Program-made: the position numbers and the translations under genes | Origin: Thalia democratica | Taxonomy: Eukaryota | Direction: 5' to 3' | DNA length: 64,000 nucleotides | Assembly: GCA_965202585.1 (NCBI GenBank) | Contig: OZ241828.1 | Coordinates: 52,700,001-52,764,000 of the forward strand | Shown: positions 14,601 to 27,230 of the stretch, piece after piece | How positions within the stretch are numbered: the stretch's first letter is position 1 | How the letters are laid out: every line of letters starts with the position of its first letter | The notes under the pieces: model-generated | Seen by the model: only the letters and a program-made list of their open reading frames with translations | Database searches by the model: none | What the model was told of the DNA's origin: nothing

Positions 14601-17600
14601 ATTCTGTGTCTGCTGAATTAGCTAAAATCTAAATTTATAAACATTTTAAAATATTGTTTGATGTACAACAAACTTGATTAGAATTAAAATGGCAATCTTT
14701 TCTCTACAAATTAATTGTCACTTTTAAAGCAAAGACTCCAGTGTGCAATTTTAATCAGATGATTTGAAACGGCAAGCACATACTGTTCAAGCAGTAAGCA
14801 AACCTTGCTTTGAGTTACCAACATTTCCCAACGAAATTCCAATAATCCTGGGTTGGGTTGATTTATTTCGGTACTTTATAGTTGGATTTGCTATTTGAAT
14901 ATTGTGAGTAGTGAGGCTTACAGACATTCAAAAAAGTAAGTTTAAACTTCAGTCGAAGGAATGGTATATTATTTTGTAAAATACGTTTTCGTATTTTAAA
15001 GGAATGAAAAATATATTAATACTTCAAAAAGTTGTTCAAGCTAATAAAAATCTTGATAAAACATAAATTCGTGTTTTAAAAATAGTCTTTTATATATAAG
15101 TATCTAAATTGTTTAAATTAAGTTTGGCTTTTAAAAAACTATTTGCTTATAATGACTATAACGTAATACTTTAATAGTTAATAAACTTTTTACTAACTTT
15201 TCCACAAAAATTTTATTAAAAAAAATATTAGTTACGATTTTACTGTTTTTACTAAGTTGCTAATAGAAATCCAAAACTAAATTAGATAATGAACTATATT
15301 TCTTACATTGTTTATCATGATTTTTTGATGCAACATTGTATAGAAATTTTGCTGCAAGATACATTCTTTTCTTTAGATCCATTGTTTCCAAAATCTATTT
15401 GAATTAAAATTAATATTAAAGTCTAGTTATTACCAGGAGTAGTGAACAAGTGAGTTTTCTAATAATAATTTATTAATCAAAATGTTCACATAAAACAACC
15501 AAAACTAATCACTAAAGCACTTATATTAAACTTGGAATTGAAATGAAATAAGTTAGTAGTTAGATAACTTGAACATAATAAAAATAGTCCAGAATACAAA
15601 ACAGGTTTGAATAAAAAACTAGGTATAAAATGTGGTTTTTACTTAATTAAAATTGTTATTTTAAAAATTTTTGTTTAACGAACTAACTATTTTTAACCTA
15701 CATCAAAAAACAAAATAAACGTAAAATTAAAAAGTAGTTAACTTAAGATTATTTTAAAAAAATTAAGTTTAATTAAATTCTTAAATGCATGATTTTACTA
15801 CAAACTAAATTAACAAACTTCTGTTATTGCAAACCAGACCTTACATGAAATTTCAAAACAATTTCAAGACATTACTTAGAATTTTTTTATGCAAACCGAT
15901 TATGTAAAATTTTGTGTAACCAATAAGTTTTTCTGGACACAACTTTTAACAACATTCCAGAAAATTGTAAGATTATTTTAAAAAAATAATATAAAATCTC
16001 AGGTTAGCATTAAAATTCTGAATTGACATATTTGTGGTTTCCTTTCATATACAGAGTTTAGTTGTAGAACTATTTTATAATGCATTAATTTTACTAGTTT
16101 AAAGTTTGGAATTTAAATATATATGAGATTAATCAAAAACAAACTTGTAATTTTTCACTATTTTTAGCTTTTATGTGATCCATGACAAGGTCCGGAAGAC
16201 AATGATCGGGAGTGGTGAACGGAATTTTTTTACTGACGTAAGCCTTGCTGTACTGATCGAGCAGACTTTCTTTGATGTACAACGCCTGCTCCTTCACGTA
16301 CAAGTCAGTCAGAAACAGATCGTCGAGTCCCAGCATGTGCCTCGACTCCGCGTTCAACTCGAACTAAAATTAAATATATTTTGTACAGGACTGATTGTAA
16401 AAATTAAGCAAATATAAGTTTTGGAATATTAAAATATCATTTAATAAGGGAGTATATTTATGTGTTGTAATAAAAGTTTAAACAGTGTTTTTTTTTGTGT
16501 ATTTAATTAGAAATTGTATCTTACTTGAAAATGAGTTTTAAAATTGTAAAAATATTTATACTAACAAGCTAATACTCTGTAATGTACTAATTTAGGTTAT
16601 TATTAATAGCTATTTATTTTTAATACAGCAGGATTCAAATCAAAATAAAACTTTCTAAATCTACTATTGAGCATTAAAAAAAAACTTTAGCTTGACAAAC
16701 TACTTAAACAAAAGTGTCACAAATATTACTACTTTATTAAAATACATTTATAACAACCTCAGTTGTAAATTTATTCTCAGCAAATTTTGGATTTTTGAGT
16801 AGCACACGAGCAATTCTCTTGACTCCTATCGTGACTTTTTCACCAACATTGTCAGACACTGACTCGAGTGAAACAATTTTACTTAGAACGCCGACCTTTT
16901 TATCCATTTGATCTGTTACAATTTTTTATGTATATGTTAGGAGTATAATAATTAAAAACATGCTTAAGAGGAAAACAAAAAATATTAAACATATATCTAA
17001 TACGTACTTAAATATATTAAACTAACATAGTTAAACATTGTGATTTAGATCCCCTTAGTGGCACAAGTTTTAAGTATAAAAGAACAATTTCTCCAATACT
17101 TCAAACAAAAATTAAGACTTTTGGTATACTATAAGTATAAACAAACCATACTTCATTACTTAATACTGCTAATACAAAGAAAAAACAACTGTTCATAATT
17201 TTTTTTTTCTTTAGATATTATTGATTAATTGCAAAAATCTCAATGCTGTTTAAACAACCAGGTTAGGTATATTTTAAAATTCACAACAACAAATACTTAC
17301 ATTTTATTTAAAATATTTACTTTAATTCAGATTATATATGAGTAAAATATTATTCAAAACTAAACAAATTACTACTAATAAAAAGTAACTCTAGTTAAAT
17401 TCAAATCCTTCCATATAAGCTTGAACAGAAAATTTAAATTAAATTTATATAAGACAAGAAATAAATATAAAACCTATTTCGTTCTTCAAAGGATATTTTC
17501 CAGGTACTATAATTATGTGTGATTGCAGAAGATCTTCGACTTCATTCATTTTAAAAACCCCAGATTTTGGTGAAACTAAAACAAAAAAAAATATATAAAG

Positions 17601-17978
17601 ATATATTTGTTTCAGTAGATTAAATAAAAATCATTGTATAAAAGAGAAAACAAATTAAATTTAACATTAGTTACTCATGTAGAAAAGACTTTTATTTATT
17701 AATGCCTTACCAAAAAAATTCTAAAAAACTGAAACAATAAGTGATTAACTTTAAAAATATTGTCAGTAAAAACAACACCAACATCAAGTATTTCTATAAG
17801 TGTTTTTAATTAAATTTTTATGAACACCAGCTAAAAAAATAAGAACTAAAAACTTACTTAATGTTAATCAGATGAATAAATATAAAAAGTAAAACTAACC
17901 ATTGAAATCAGTGGTGCCTCCTGGTAGTAAAACAAGTTCACCAGTGCAAATAAACAGGCACCTCATATTTATGTCCAT
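5607..17978 (-). CDS. LONP2: Peroxisomal Lon protease homolog 2, 17 exons, 811 aa
   Basis: Exons (plus-strand coordinates, in transcript order): 17900-17978, 17474-17575, 16758-16912, 16145-16363, 15307-15394, 14804-14890, 12666-12754, 11702-11823, 11340-11463 (donor least certain), 10711-10831, 9932-10069, 9453-9640, 8634-8849, 8141-8210, 7459-7704, 6900-7075, 5607-5822. All introns are GT-AG with matching phases; total 2436 nt. Motifs: N-terminal VLLPG, Walker [18 protein letters not shown], Walker [23 protein letters not shown], catalytic Ser in [17 protein letters not shown], catalytic Lys in [14 protein letters not shown]-terminal PTS1 ASKL. Confidence 0.95.
6201..6548. mobile_element. 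Degenerate MITE fragment (family B, CTCAGGA/TCCTGAG subterminal motifs) in the last LONP2 intron
   Basis: Shares GAGTCAAAAAAAACT, TATCCTGAG and GACCTTAAACT motifs with copies near 18.3, 21.6, 22.2 and 24.3-24.6 kb; ends not clearly resolved. Confidence 0.45.
12047..12449. mobile_element. Non-autonomous TIR element, family A (about 400 bp)
   Basis: Begins CAGGGTTGCCAA and ends CCAACCCTG; flanks ATTTAA/ATTAAA (5/6). Internal sequence is shared with copies at 20873, 22617, 22871 and 46178. Confidence 0.8.
13049..14038. mobile_element. Non-autonomous TIR element (990 bp) in LONP2 intron 6
   Basis: CAGGGTTATCACA ... TGTGGCAACCCTG (11/13 inverted match); subterminal TTCCTGACTTT repeats at both ends; flanks AAACAG/AAAAAG (5/6). 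Confidence 0.75.
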
Positions 17979-18296
17979 CTTTTGTTTCAGGTTACAAGTT
18001 AAAAAATATGCTTAACTATGAAAACATAAACAGTTTTTAGTTAAAACAAACTCAAAGTATCTTTAGGGAATTAAAAGTAAGCAACAAAATCAAAAAAAAA
18101 ATTATTTAAAAAACTATATGGGAACTGTTAACATTGACTAATATTTATGGTTATTCTCAACTCACATTAAAATATGCAAATTTATAAATAAATATAATTA
18201 TAAAGATTAATTAAACTGAAACAAATAATTAAATAATTTAATGTTTTAATAAATGTTGTAATTATTCAAAGTTTATAAATTAGCTTTAGTCATTAA

Positions 18297-19051
18297 GAGA
18301 GTTGCCACTGTCTAAGTTAAAGATGCTATCCTGAGTGACCTTAAACTATCCTGAGGCATTTTTATTTTTTAAAATCCTTTAAAAAAACGTCAAATATTTT
18401 TATTAATGAATAAACATTTATAAGTAAGAAAAAATCAAGATTTTGAACAAATTTGGTAAAAAAATTATCAAAATATTATAACTGCAACAAATAAATATAA
18501 TTCAAGATTAAGAAAAAAAACTAAAATGAGATTTAAAAATTTTTCCAAGCTATCATAAGTTATAAAAAAACCTAACTGGCCTGAGTCATCCTGATTAAAA
18601 AAAAATCAAACTAGCCTGAATCAGCCTGATTTATCTACAGCAGAATTTCCCAAAGTGGGCCAAGTGGCCCCCTTGGGGGCCATGTCAGATACTCAGGGGG
18701 CCACAAGTAGCAAAGGGATAAGAGGGGGGCCATGAGATCATAATTTGAAACTTACACTAAATATTCTTCAGTTGCAGATGAAGAGAAAAAAAAAGGTCTC
18801 AGGTGTATTTTATGGTAGTTTAGAAACTTACACTAGATATTCTTGAGTTGCAGATGGAGAGCAAAAAAAATGTCTTTGATGTTATTTTTATTGTAGTTTA
18901 TGAGCAATCTTGTTGAAGGGGGCCATTGCTTTTTCAAATTCTTTAAAGGGGGCCATTTGCAAAAAAGTTTGGGAAACCCTGATCTAGAGACATGGTGATA
19001 TTTTCAAAACTTTCAAACTGTTCCAACTTATTATGAGTGTGTGGCAGCCTG
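18297..19051. mobile_element. Family B MITE interrupted by a Charlie-like element
   Basis: Left end GAGTTGCCACT, right end GTGTGTGGCAGCCTG; TCCTGAG motifs on both sides of the nested insert. Confidence 0.55.
18641..18981. mobile_element. hAT-Charlie-like non-autonomous element
   Basis: TIR CAGAATTTCCCAAA / TTTGGGAAACCCTG (12/14); 8 bp TSD ATCTACAG/ATCTAGAG, matching the NTCTAGAN Charlie target; GGGGGCC subterminal motifs; internal ~50 bp duplication. Confidence 0.85.
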
Positions 19052-19574
19052 GCACTAAAACTGAGCCAGAGTTACTGATTCAGCCAGAGTTTATGAGAAA
19101 TAAATAAAATTTAGTAATAAAATTCATAACTAAAAATGTTACTATTATCTAAGCTAAAACACTTAATAATTTATAATATCAACAAAAAGATTTAATAAGT
19201 AAGAAATAAAAGCAAAAATTTTTGAATTCATAAAAGCTAGTCTTAAATTTTTTTAAAACAATTCCAAGCTAGTCTGAGTTTTACATAAAAAATAATACAA
19301 TTTCTTATTGTTACTACAACTTTTAATTTTGAAGTGAGCTAAAAACAAACACAACTAAGTAACATTCAAACACTATTTTATATTGTTAAGAACTACAAAA
19401 GCAAAAATTCAACTCTATACATTAAAAAGTAGAAATTAATGATGTCAACACTTTTTATTTCTTTATCTCTGATCTAGTTCTTATTTTTTTCAAACAGGCC
19501 TGGAAGGGCATAACAACTAGCTTAAAAATTTTTACAGAAAACATTGATGACATATAATAATTTAAACTAATAGT

Positions 19575-19954
19575 CATGGTGTCCACTAGATTTTTATAAA
19601 TTTATTTCAAGTTTTCTGATACTTTTCCGGACTTTTCAAAGTACAAACTTTCTTGTCTTTTTTTAATATAAAATTACAATTAAAGTTTAATCTAAATAGT
19701 TTAAAATTATTGAAAAGACACTTTAATGCTACTACAAACGTGTTTTATAGCAAATAAAATTCTAAACAATATGTTTTATGTTTAAAAGTAATATTTTATC
19801 TAATCTAAACATTATTATTTTACAGGTAAAGTTTGTTAGAATTCCAGGTTTTTTGTTTTTTAATAATCTTGTTTAAAATTTCAGGCTTTTTTTAAGTATC
19901 AAATAACAGGTTTTTTTCCTAAATTTCCAAATTGCAGGTGAAATGGCCACCCTG
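19575..19954. mobile_element. Non-autonomous TIR element related to family A
   Basis: CATGGTGTCCA ... TGGCCACCCTG (9/11); flanks AATAGT/AATATT (5/6). Confidence 0.65.
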
Positions 19955-20872
19955 AATATTACTATTTACTAAACTTATCTTAACAAACTTATTAATGTAT
20001 ATAATATTATTTAAATTTATCAGAACAATTTATTTAGAAACTTAAATTGGTTTTTATAAAAACTTCTTTTATTTTTAATCAGTTTTAAAATATAAGCTGT
20101 AACTTCTAGCTCTCATAGCTTATCTCAAATTTCTACACTTATTTCATTTAATACTTTTAGCTAAATTGCAGATAATTTGGCAAACTATTTCAATTAAAGT
20201 TTTCAATTAGTTACACTTTATGAAAAATTTAAAAAATCTAATAGTAATTATTTAGTTTTTTATTTAGGATGATGTATAATTTTTTCATCATACTTCATCT
20301 ATATCATCACTTTGTGAAACAAAAATGTTTTTTTTAGTTTAGTGGGTACCAACATAATATATACTTCTAATTGAAGGGCTATAATATACTTATTTTTATT
20401 AAGTCAATAGTTTTTAACCTTATTGTTTCAGCAAATATTTCTATAAATTCAACAGATAAATTTATGTAAAAAATGGTTTCAAATTCATCATTTTATCAGA
20501 AAATGTTTTATTTTTAAATTTATATAAGTTGTATGAGGATAAATTTTGTTAACAAAATTACAAAGAAAAACCAAATATTTTTCAAAACATAGTTATCATT
20601 TTATTAATTAATAAGTAATAATATATTTTATAAGTAAAACTTAGTGTACAAAAACACATATAAGAAATACTTTTTATAAAATGAATTAAAATATAGTTTT
20701 TAGAAATGCATCTTAAAATTAAACTGATGAATTTTATATCTTGTACAATTCCTTTTAACTATAAACTATTCTGAATCCTCTTCATCAGATTTATTTTTTA
20801 CACCACTCTGGTTTGATTGTTATAGTAACAATATATATTTTGAAATCAATTTTGATGAAATATTATACAGGG

Positions 20873-21307
20873 CAGGGTAGCCAAATTTTTTTGGCAAATT
20901 TTTTCTAGGTTTTCAAAGCTTCTTTTAGGTTTTCAAAATAATACATTATTGGTCTATTTTTAGTCTAAAGTAAAGTTTAAGTAAAAAAAAAACTGTGTTC
21001 AATAGTATAAAAACATAGAAACAATACTGTAAATTTACTTCAAATGAGTTTTTCAATAAAAAAAAATTTTTGATGATGACTAAAAAACTTTATTTATATG
21101 GTAGATTTTTTGCGTCAAGTCAAATTTTTTCTACAAAATGTAAAATTTGTTTAAAATTCCAGGTTTTTCAAGATTTTTTAGTGATTTTTGTTCAAAATTT
21201 AAGTTTTTTTAGGTTTTTTTTTTTTTAATTTTCAAACTTCAGGTTTTTTAGCCTACATTGTCAAGCTCAAGGTTTTTCCAGGTTTCAGAAATTTTTTGGC
21301 AACCCTG
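20873..21307. mobile_element. Family A MITE inserted into the terminus of another CAGGGTTGC element
   Basis: CAGGGTAGCCAAA ... TTTGGCAACCCTG; flanked by a perfect direct repeat TACAGGG, whose right copy continues as CAGGGTTGCATC. Confidence 0.8.
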
Positions 21308-22214
21308 TACAGGGTTGCATCAGGCTTAAGAGAAATTTCTTTAATGGCTTATAGTTTTTTAACTACAAGTTTTCTTGCCCCTTTTTAGTAGTAAATTAAT
21401 TTAAGGTAAAAAAATACTATCCATAGTAAAGAAATAATAAAAACTTACTGCAATGTTACTTAAAATGTGTTTCATAATTTAGAAAACTTTGAATAAATTT
21501 TAAAAAATTAAAATAGTTATTGTCTATCTAAAAATTTTTATTTAGTAAAAAAACTTGGTCAAAATTCCAGGCTTTTGTAAGTATTTCAGGTATTTATTTA
21601 GTTAATTTTTTAAACTTGTCCAGGATTGTCACTATATGAGTCAAAAAAAACTATCATGAGTGATCCTAATATTTTTTAAATCCTTTAAATACAATCTTAA
21701 ACAAATTTTATAAAATTGGTTATAATGACTTTAAAGCAGTTGTTCAACAACTTTTTAGACTTTTCACAGTAACATTTTAGTTTTATTCTATTTTCCTTCT
21801 ATACCAGGGCAAAAAATAAAATTAATTTTGTTTGTTATTAATGATGTCTATTAAACTGCTACTTTTGATGTCATTTTAAATTTTATTGAAAAATTTAAAA
21901 TGTTATAAATAACCTTAAGTTTAATTTCAAATGCATTTATTTATATTATATTTTAAATGTGTAGCAATAAAAAAAAACCTCATATCTAAGGAAATTAATT
22001 AAGAAAATTTTTAACAAGTTGATTAACAACACAAACATGAAATATATTTTTTATCAAACATGTTTATAAACAAATAAATATTTTTACTTTCCTTTAAAAC
22101 TTTTTAAATTTACATTTAAGACAAGTATAAAATTTGTAAAATTAAAAAGAACAACTGCTGCTTAGAGTTATGGTAAGCAAAAACAATTAAAAACAACAAA
22201 AATCAGTTTTTCAA

Positions 22215-22530
22215 CAGGGTTGCCACACTCAGGATATTATGAATTATAAAAAATTCAGGAAGACTCATGTTAATTTTTTTTTTATATAAAACTCATGATA
22301 GTTTTAAATAAGGTCAATTTTTTCAGATTTTGAAAGACATTTAGTTGAATTAGTTTTATTATTTTGTAATTTTATAAACTATTTTCTGGATGAAACTGGT
22401 TTTTATTGATTAAAAAACCTTTTTAAGGACTTGAAAAAGTTCAGGAACACACAGGTCAGTAAAAATCACTCAGGAAACTTTTTGGTTACTCGGGATAGTT
22501 TTTTTTTTGACTCAAATAGTGTCAACCTTG
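22215..22530. mobile_element. Family B MITE
   Basis: CAGGGTTGCCACACTCAGG ... AGTGTCAACCTTG; flanks TTTTCAA/TTTTGAA (6/7). Confidence 0.7.
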
Positions 22531-22870
22531 TTTTGAACAAAATTGAATATGAAATATCAATATACTGAAATTGGAACAACTAAACCTCATTCAAGATCTA
22601 TAAAAATAACTGAAATAAGGGTTGCCAAAGGTTTTTGAGAAATTTATTTCAGGTTTTCTGAATTTCTTCCAGGATTTAAAAGTACAAGTTTTTTGGTCTG
22701 TTTTTAGTATAAAATTAAGTGTAAGTTAAAAAACTGTCTTAATATAAGAACATTGATAAGAAACTATAAAGCTACTTAAAATATGTTTGTTAATATTTTT
22801 TTTAATAATAACAAAAAAAAGCTGTTTGAAAGATTTTTTGTGTAATAAAAATTTCATTTCTTAATATTTA

Positions 22871-24144
22871 CAGGGTTGCCAATTGTTTTTTCAAAAAATT
22901 TTCCAGATTTTCCAAGTTTTTTCCAGGTTTTTAAAAGCACACATTTTTGGGTCTATTTTTACTTAAAAGTAAAGTTTAAGGTAAGAAACTGTGTTAAATA
23001 GTGTAAAAACCTTAAAAAGATACTGTAAAGCTTATTTAAATATAATTAAATACCACTTTATTGCAAGACACAAAACTTTTTCTATCATAAACTTTATTAA
23101 AAACTTAAGCGCTTTTGGAATTCACAAACTCCCTTGTCAAAAATACTAAACACTCACAAGTTAACTATACATAATATAAATAGAGTGAAATTAAATCATT
23201 TGTAAAAAAAACAACTAATTAAAACGACAAATAATTAACAAAAATGGATTTTTTATAAATACTTAAGCAAAATAGATTTTTTAAACATATTAATAGTTAC
23301 TCTTGATCCTTTATCAGGACCAAGTTGACCATTCAAACTTGGTTTTTTAACTTGTAAAGCTTCTGAAGATAATAAATCATTATACGAACTGCACGTGTTG
23401 GTTGCTTATGCTTTATTGCTCTCAGAAATAAACTTTGTGGTACTTTCTAGCATGTCATGATTCAGAGTTTTGTTTTCTTTTAAAAAAACTTCTTTGGGAC
23501 TCTCAATTGAAGCTTTAGTTTCTATTTCATCAATATGTTTAGGCATTATGCTTCGTTTAAAACCAAACATCAATGCTGATCTTTCACTTGGTGAAAATTT
23601 GTAGGAACTTAAGTTGATTATACAGTTTGATGTTTTACTTTTTCTTTGTTTGTTCCGCAAGTTGAATAGCTACTTTTGATGTGTTTTTGTCTTTTCCATT
23701 ACTATACTTTTGATGCTGTAATCTCTTATCTGCTGCAACAGCAATTGATATTGAGATATAGTTAACCTACCATAAAGATTGTACATAATATCCTCTCTTG
23801 ATCTTTTTTTAATTAAACTTTTTATTGGGTATATTAATTTGTTTTAAAAGAACTCTACAGTAAAACTTCTGCACCTTCTTTAAGTATGTTTTTAAGAAAA
23901 AAAATTTTTAATGATGACAAAAACTTTTTATTTATATGAGAGATTTTTTGAATCAAATCGAAATTTTACTAATGAACTTGTGAAAATTGTTAACATTTCA
24001 GGTTTTTCCAGGTTATATTTATGATTTTTGTTCAAAATTTGAGGTATTTTTCAAAATTTCTCAAATTCCAGGTTTTTCCAGAATTTTTTGCATAAATTGT
24101 CAAATTCCAGGTTTTTCCAGCTTTTCAGGTAAATGACAACCCTG
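22871..24144. mobile_element. Inner family A copy carrying an ~850 bp foreign insert
   Basis: CAGGGTTGCCA ... TGACAACCCTG (10/11); perfect 6 bp TSD TATTTA at 22865-22870 and 24145-24150. Confidence 0.85.
23035..23880 (-). mobile_element. Probable Penelope-like retroelement fragment (region upstream of the RT domain)
   Basis: The ORF 23406-23660 contains IINLSSYKFSPSERSALMFGFK...PKHID, resembling the NLS..LT..E...L..GL.F..PP.I motif that precedes RT in Penelope-like ORFs. It has upstream stops and no RT core. Boundaries are approximate. Confidence 0.5.
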
Positions 24145-24240
24145 TATTTAAAAATTGTTTTAAATTTCAGGATTTATCAAGTTTTTTAGTGATTTTTGTT
24201 CATAAATCAAAGTTTTTTTTTAATTTCTTGAGTTCTTAGT

Positions 24241-24609
24241 TTCCCCATGTTTTCTGTCCTGAGTTACTAAAAACTGTCCTGAAAAATCCTGAATTTTTTC
24301 AAATCCTTAAAAAAAAGTTTTTTTGGTTATAAATTACAAATGACAAAGCTGGTTATAAATAACAAAACGCTGAAAATAAAGTAACTAAATTAACAGTTAT
24401 CGTTGTAGAGGAGGGAGAGTAAAACTGATGTTTTTTTTTACCATAATGAAAAATATCCTTCAAAGTCTTCAAAAAAAACTGTCCTGAGATTTTTGAAAAA
24501 TGTTGAAACTAGAATATAACTTTATTTTAATATACTGAGTTATTCTGAGTCATCCTGATATATTTAAAAACTTCAAAATATCCTGAGTGTCCTGAGTGTG
24601 TGGCAACAT
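24241..24609. mobile_element. Family B MITE, right part
   Basis: Multiple TCCTGAG motifs, ending GAGTGTGTGGCAACA, the inverse of the family B left end. Confidence 0.5.
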
Positions 24610-26785
24610 TTATAGTAAAATAACTTGTTTTTTAAAACAGCTCAAAGTCCTCAGTTTACAAATTGATTATATAAACAATTATAACCATTAATTTATAAAA
24701 AAATATATATATACAACTAAACTTATAGAAAATTACTCAACTTAGAATATAGTAAGCTATAAAAACTTAAAAACTTAAACTTTTTTACATTACAAAATTA
24801 TTTATTTTTTATAATAAGTTTTAGTTACAGCACTCTAGAAAAGTTTTATTATTTTATTTTTTTTTAGGTAGAAAAACATCAGAAGAACTCACTCTCCCCT
24901 CTGCAACAATAAACATTTTCTGAAGTTCAAGCGAGTTAGTTTAAGCTTATCTTGTGCTGTTGCACCTACCCTATCTTTAAATTCATCAAAAAAAAGACCT
25001 TTAAATTTTAAAATAAAACTAATTCTATGTATAAATAAACAAAAAATGCAAAACTTTTATTTTTAACTAACCAAAATAAAAACTAATCCTAACCCTTTAT
25101 TGAAAAAAACCTCTGGTGACACGTCATTTGGCAAACACTCACAAGGTTAAAATCTCAACACTAAAAACAACAAAGTGTAGGAAAATTATGAAGTTTAAAT
25201 TCCCAATCAGTGCTGCCGACGTTCTGGACAAAACAACAATAACAACAATCCAATTATGTTTTAACTGCCACCTAAGTGATTCCACAATTAGCTGTTAAAA
25301 TTTAAGTAGCAAATACAAAGCAGTATAAATTAAATCTTATACTAAATTAGAGATAGTCCAAATAATTTAATCAGAATTTGAAACAATTAATTAAAAATAA
25401 AGGTATAAAATAAATAATTTTGTTTTCTTTTTTAAATAGATTTACAGAATAAGTCTTTGAGTTTAATTGCATCCTAACTTAAGCAGGGCAGATGCAATAC
25501 TATTATACTGTACTGTTGTAGAAGCCCCTTGTTTGCAACTTTAAAAGCCTTAGTGAGTTATAAAACATCTAACCAGAGTTGGTAGAGAGCTTTTTTAGCC
25601 ATAAATAACAGTAATTACTTAATAATTTGCACTATAGTGAAATCTGTATTGAAAATTAAAATTAAATACAACTTAAAAGCATCAAAATCGTTCTAAAATA
25701 AAGGAAATTTTAGTCATTTTTCTTAAATAACAAATTTCAACACAAAATATAATTGCTTTTTCAGTTTTCTAACAAACTTGTTTCGTTCGGATTTTTAATT
25801 AAAAAAATTATAAATAACATATATTTAAAACACCTTATTTTTAAAAGGTTGCTGAAAAGAAAATTAAAACTTTTAATTATCTTTTAAAGTCTGAGTTCCT
25901 TGTTTTTAGTACTTTTTTGAATATTTAAAGGCAAAACAAAACTAAAAATAGTCAACAAAACTGTTAAGCTGATTAGCATTAACTTGATAATAATCCATAA
26001 TTTAGTATGTTTACTAACTCAGTATTTTTTTAAGACGTATCAATTCTAAAAATTATGTAGATTTTTATTGTAGTTCTTGCAGCAATTAATAATTTTTTAA
26101 CGTTTGTTTTTAATTATAAATACTTGAATTACACCTTTCTTGATTTTAGTTTTATTATTTCTGCAACACTTTCATTATAAGGCTTTTATTCAATAAATAA
26201 ATATGAAAAGCGGTGAAACTTAAAAAAAGTAATTCAAGATTGCTTTATGTTCTCTATCTACTTAAATTTTAAAGTATTTTTAAAACTAATGTATCAGTCA
26301 ACTATAACTTTAAAATGTTAAAACAAGTTTTTTGTTTAAATAATTAACATCAAAACTTAAAATAATATAATTAAAAGTAAAATAACAGGAGTAAGTTTAA
26401 CTATGTTTCTAAGTTTGTAATATTTCAACTTTATAAAACTGGATAATAACTTGAATAAACAATAAGTTGTTTAAATGCTCATACCAGTAAAACTAGTTAC
26501 ATGTTCGAATTTTTTTTTAAGTAAGCTTGATCTTTTTAGACATGTTTTTTATTAAACTTTGTTATATAAATTTTGTAACTGGTGTCAAAAAAAAATTAAA
26601 ACTAAATTTAAAAAAAATAAAATTAAATGAAGTTAAAAATTTTTACGATTATATTTTGTGTTTACTTTTAATTTTTTAGTTTAGGTTTTAAACACGTGTT
26701 TTATACAATAGAGAATTCTAAATATTTATAATTAAAAATGTATTATCAAAAAAAATTCAAATAAAGATTTAAAAAGATTTTTTTT

Positions 26786-27230
26786 GTGCAAAATAACGCT
26801 CAGTCTAAAAGAAAAACTGTTAAGACGCTTCAAGCAAAAGTAGAAGAACAAAAAACAGTGCAAAAATGACGCTCAGTGATAAGCTGAACCCGTGAAAAAG
26901 TGACGCTCCATGCAAAAATGATCCACCGTGCTAAATTGACGAAATTAAAATAATAAATTAAATAAAGTATTGAAAAAGTGACGCTCCGTGCAAAAGTTAT
27001 CCATCGTCCTAAAGTGACGCACCGTGCAAAAGTAATCCACTATGCAAAAGTGATCTACCGTGTTAAAATAACACCAAGTAAAAATGATGCCCTGTGCCAA
27101 AGTGACCCACTGTGCTAAAGTGACCCATCGTGCTAAATAGACACCGTCCTCAAAAGACCCTCCGTTCTAGAGTGATGCTGTGCAAAATTGACCCACCGTA
27201 CCAAAATGACGCTGTGTTATTCAGACCCGC
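26786..27230. repeat. Degenerate minisatellite with 18 bp units (consensus about GTGCAAAAGTGACSCWCC) and 16 bp variants
   Basis: Units read directly, e.g. GTGCAAAAGTTATCCATC, GTCCTAAAGTGACGCACC, GTGCCAAAGTGACCCACT, GTGCTAAAGTGACCCATC; an isolated unit lies near 27565. Confidence 0.85.

Larger units (their letters stand above)
22617..24240. mobile_element. Outer family A copy split by a second family A copy
   Basis: Starts AAGGGTTGCCAAA; family A sequence breaks at 22870 and resumes collinearly after 24150. Confidence 0.65.

Noticed and set aside
25100-25298. 60 aa ORF with TRHLANTH, resembling the end of a BED zinc finger
   Set aside because: No upstream CxxC in frame and no transposase continuation; at most a decayed remnant.
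26786-27230. CRISPR-like array
   Set aside because: Units abut with no unique spacers, are degenerate, and sit in a eukaryotic context with no cas genes.
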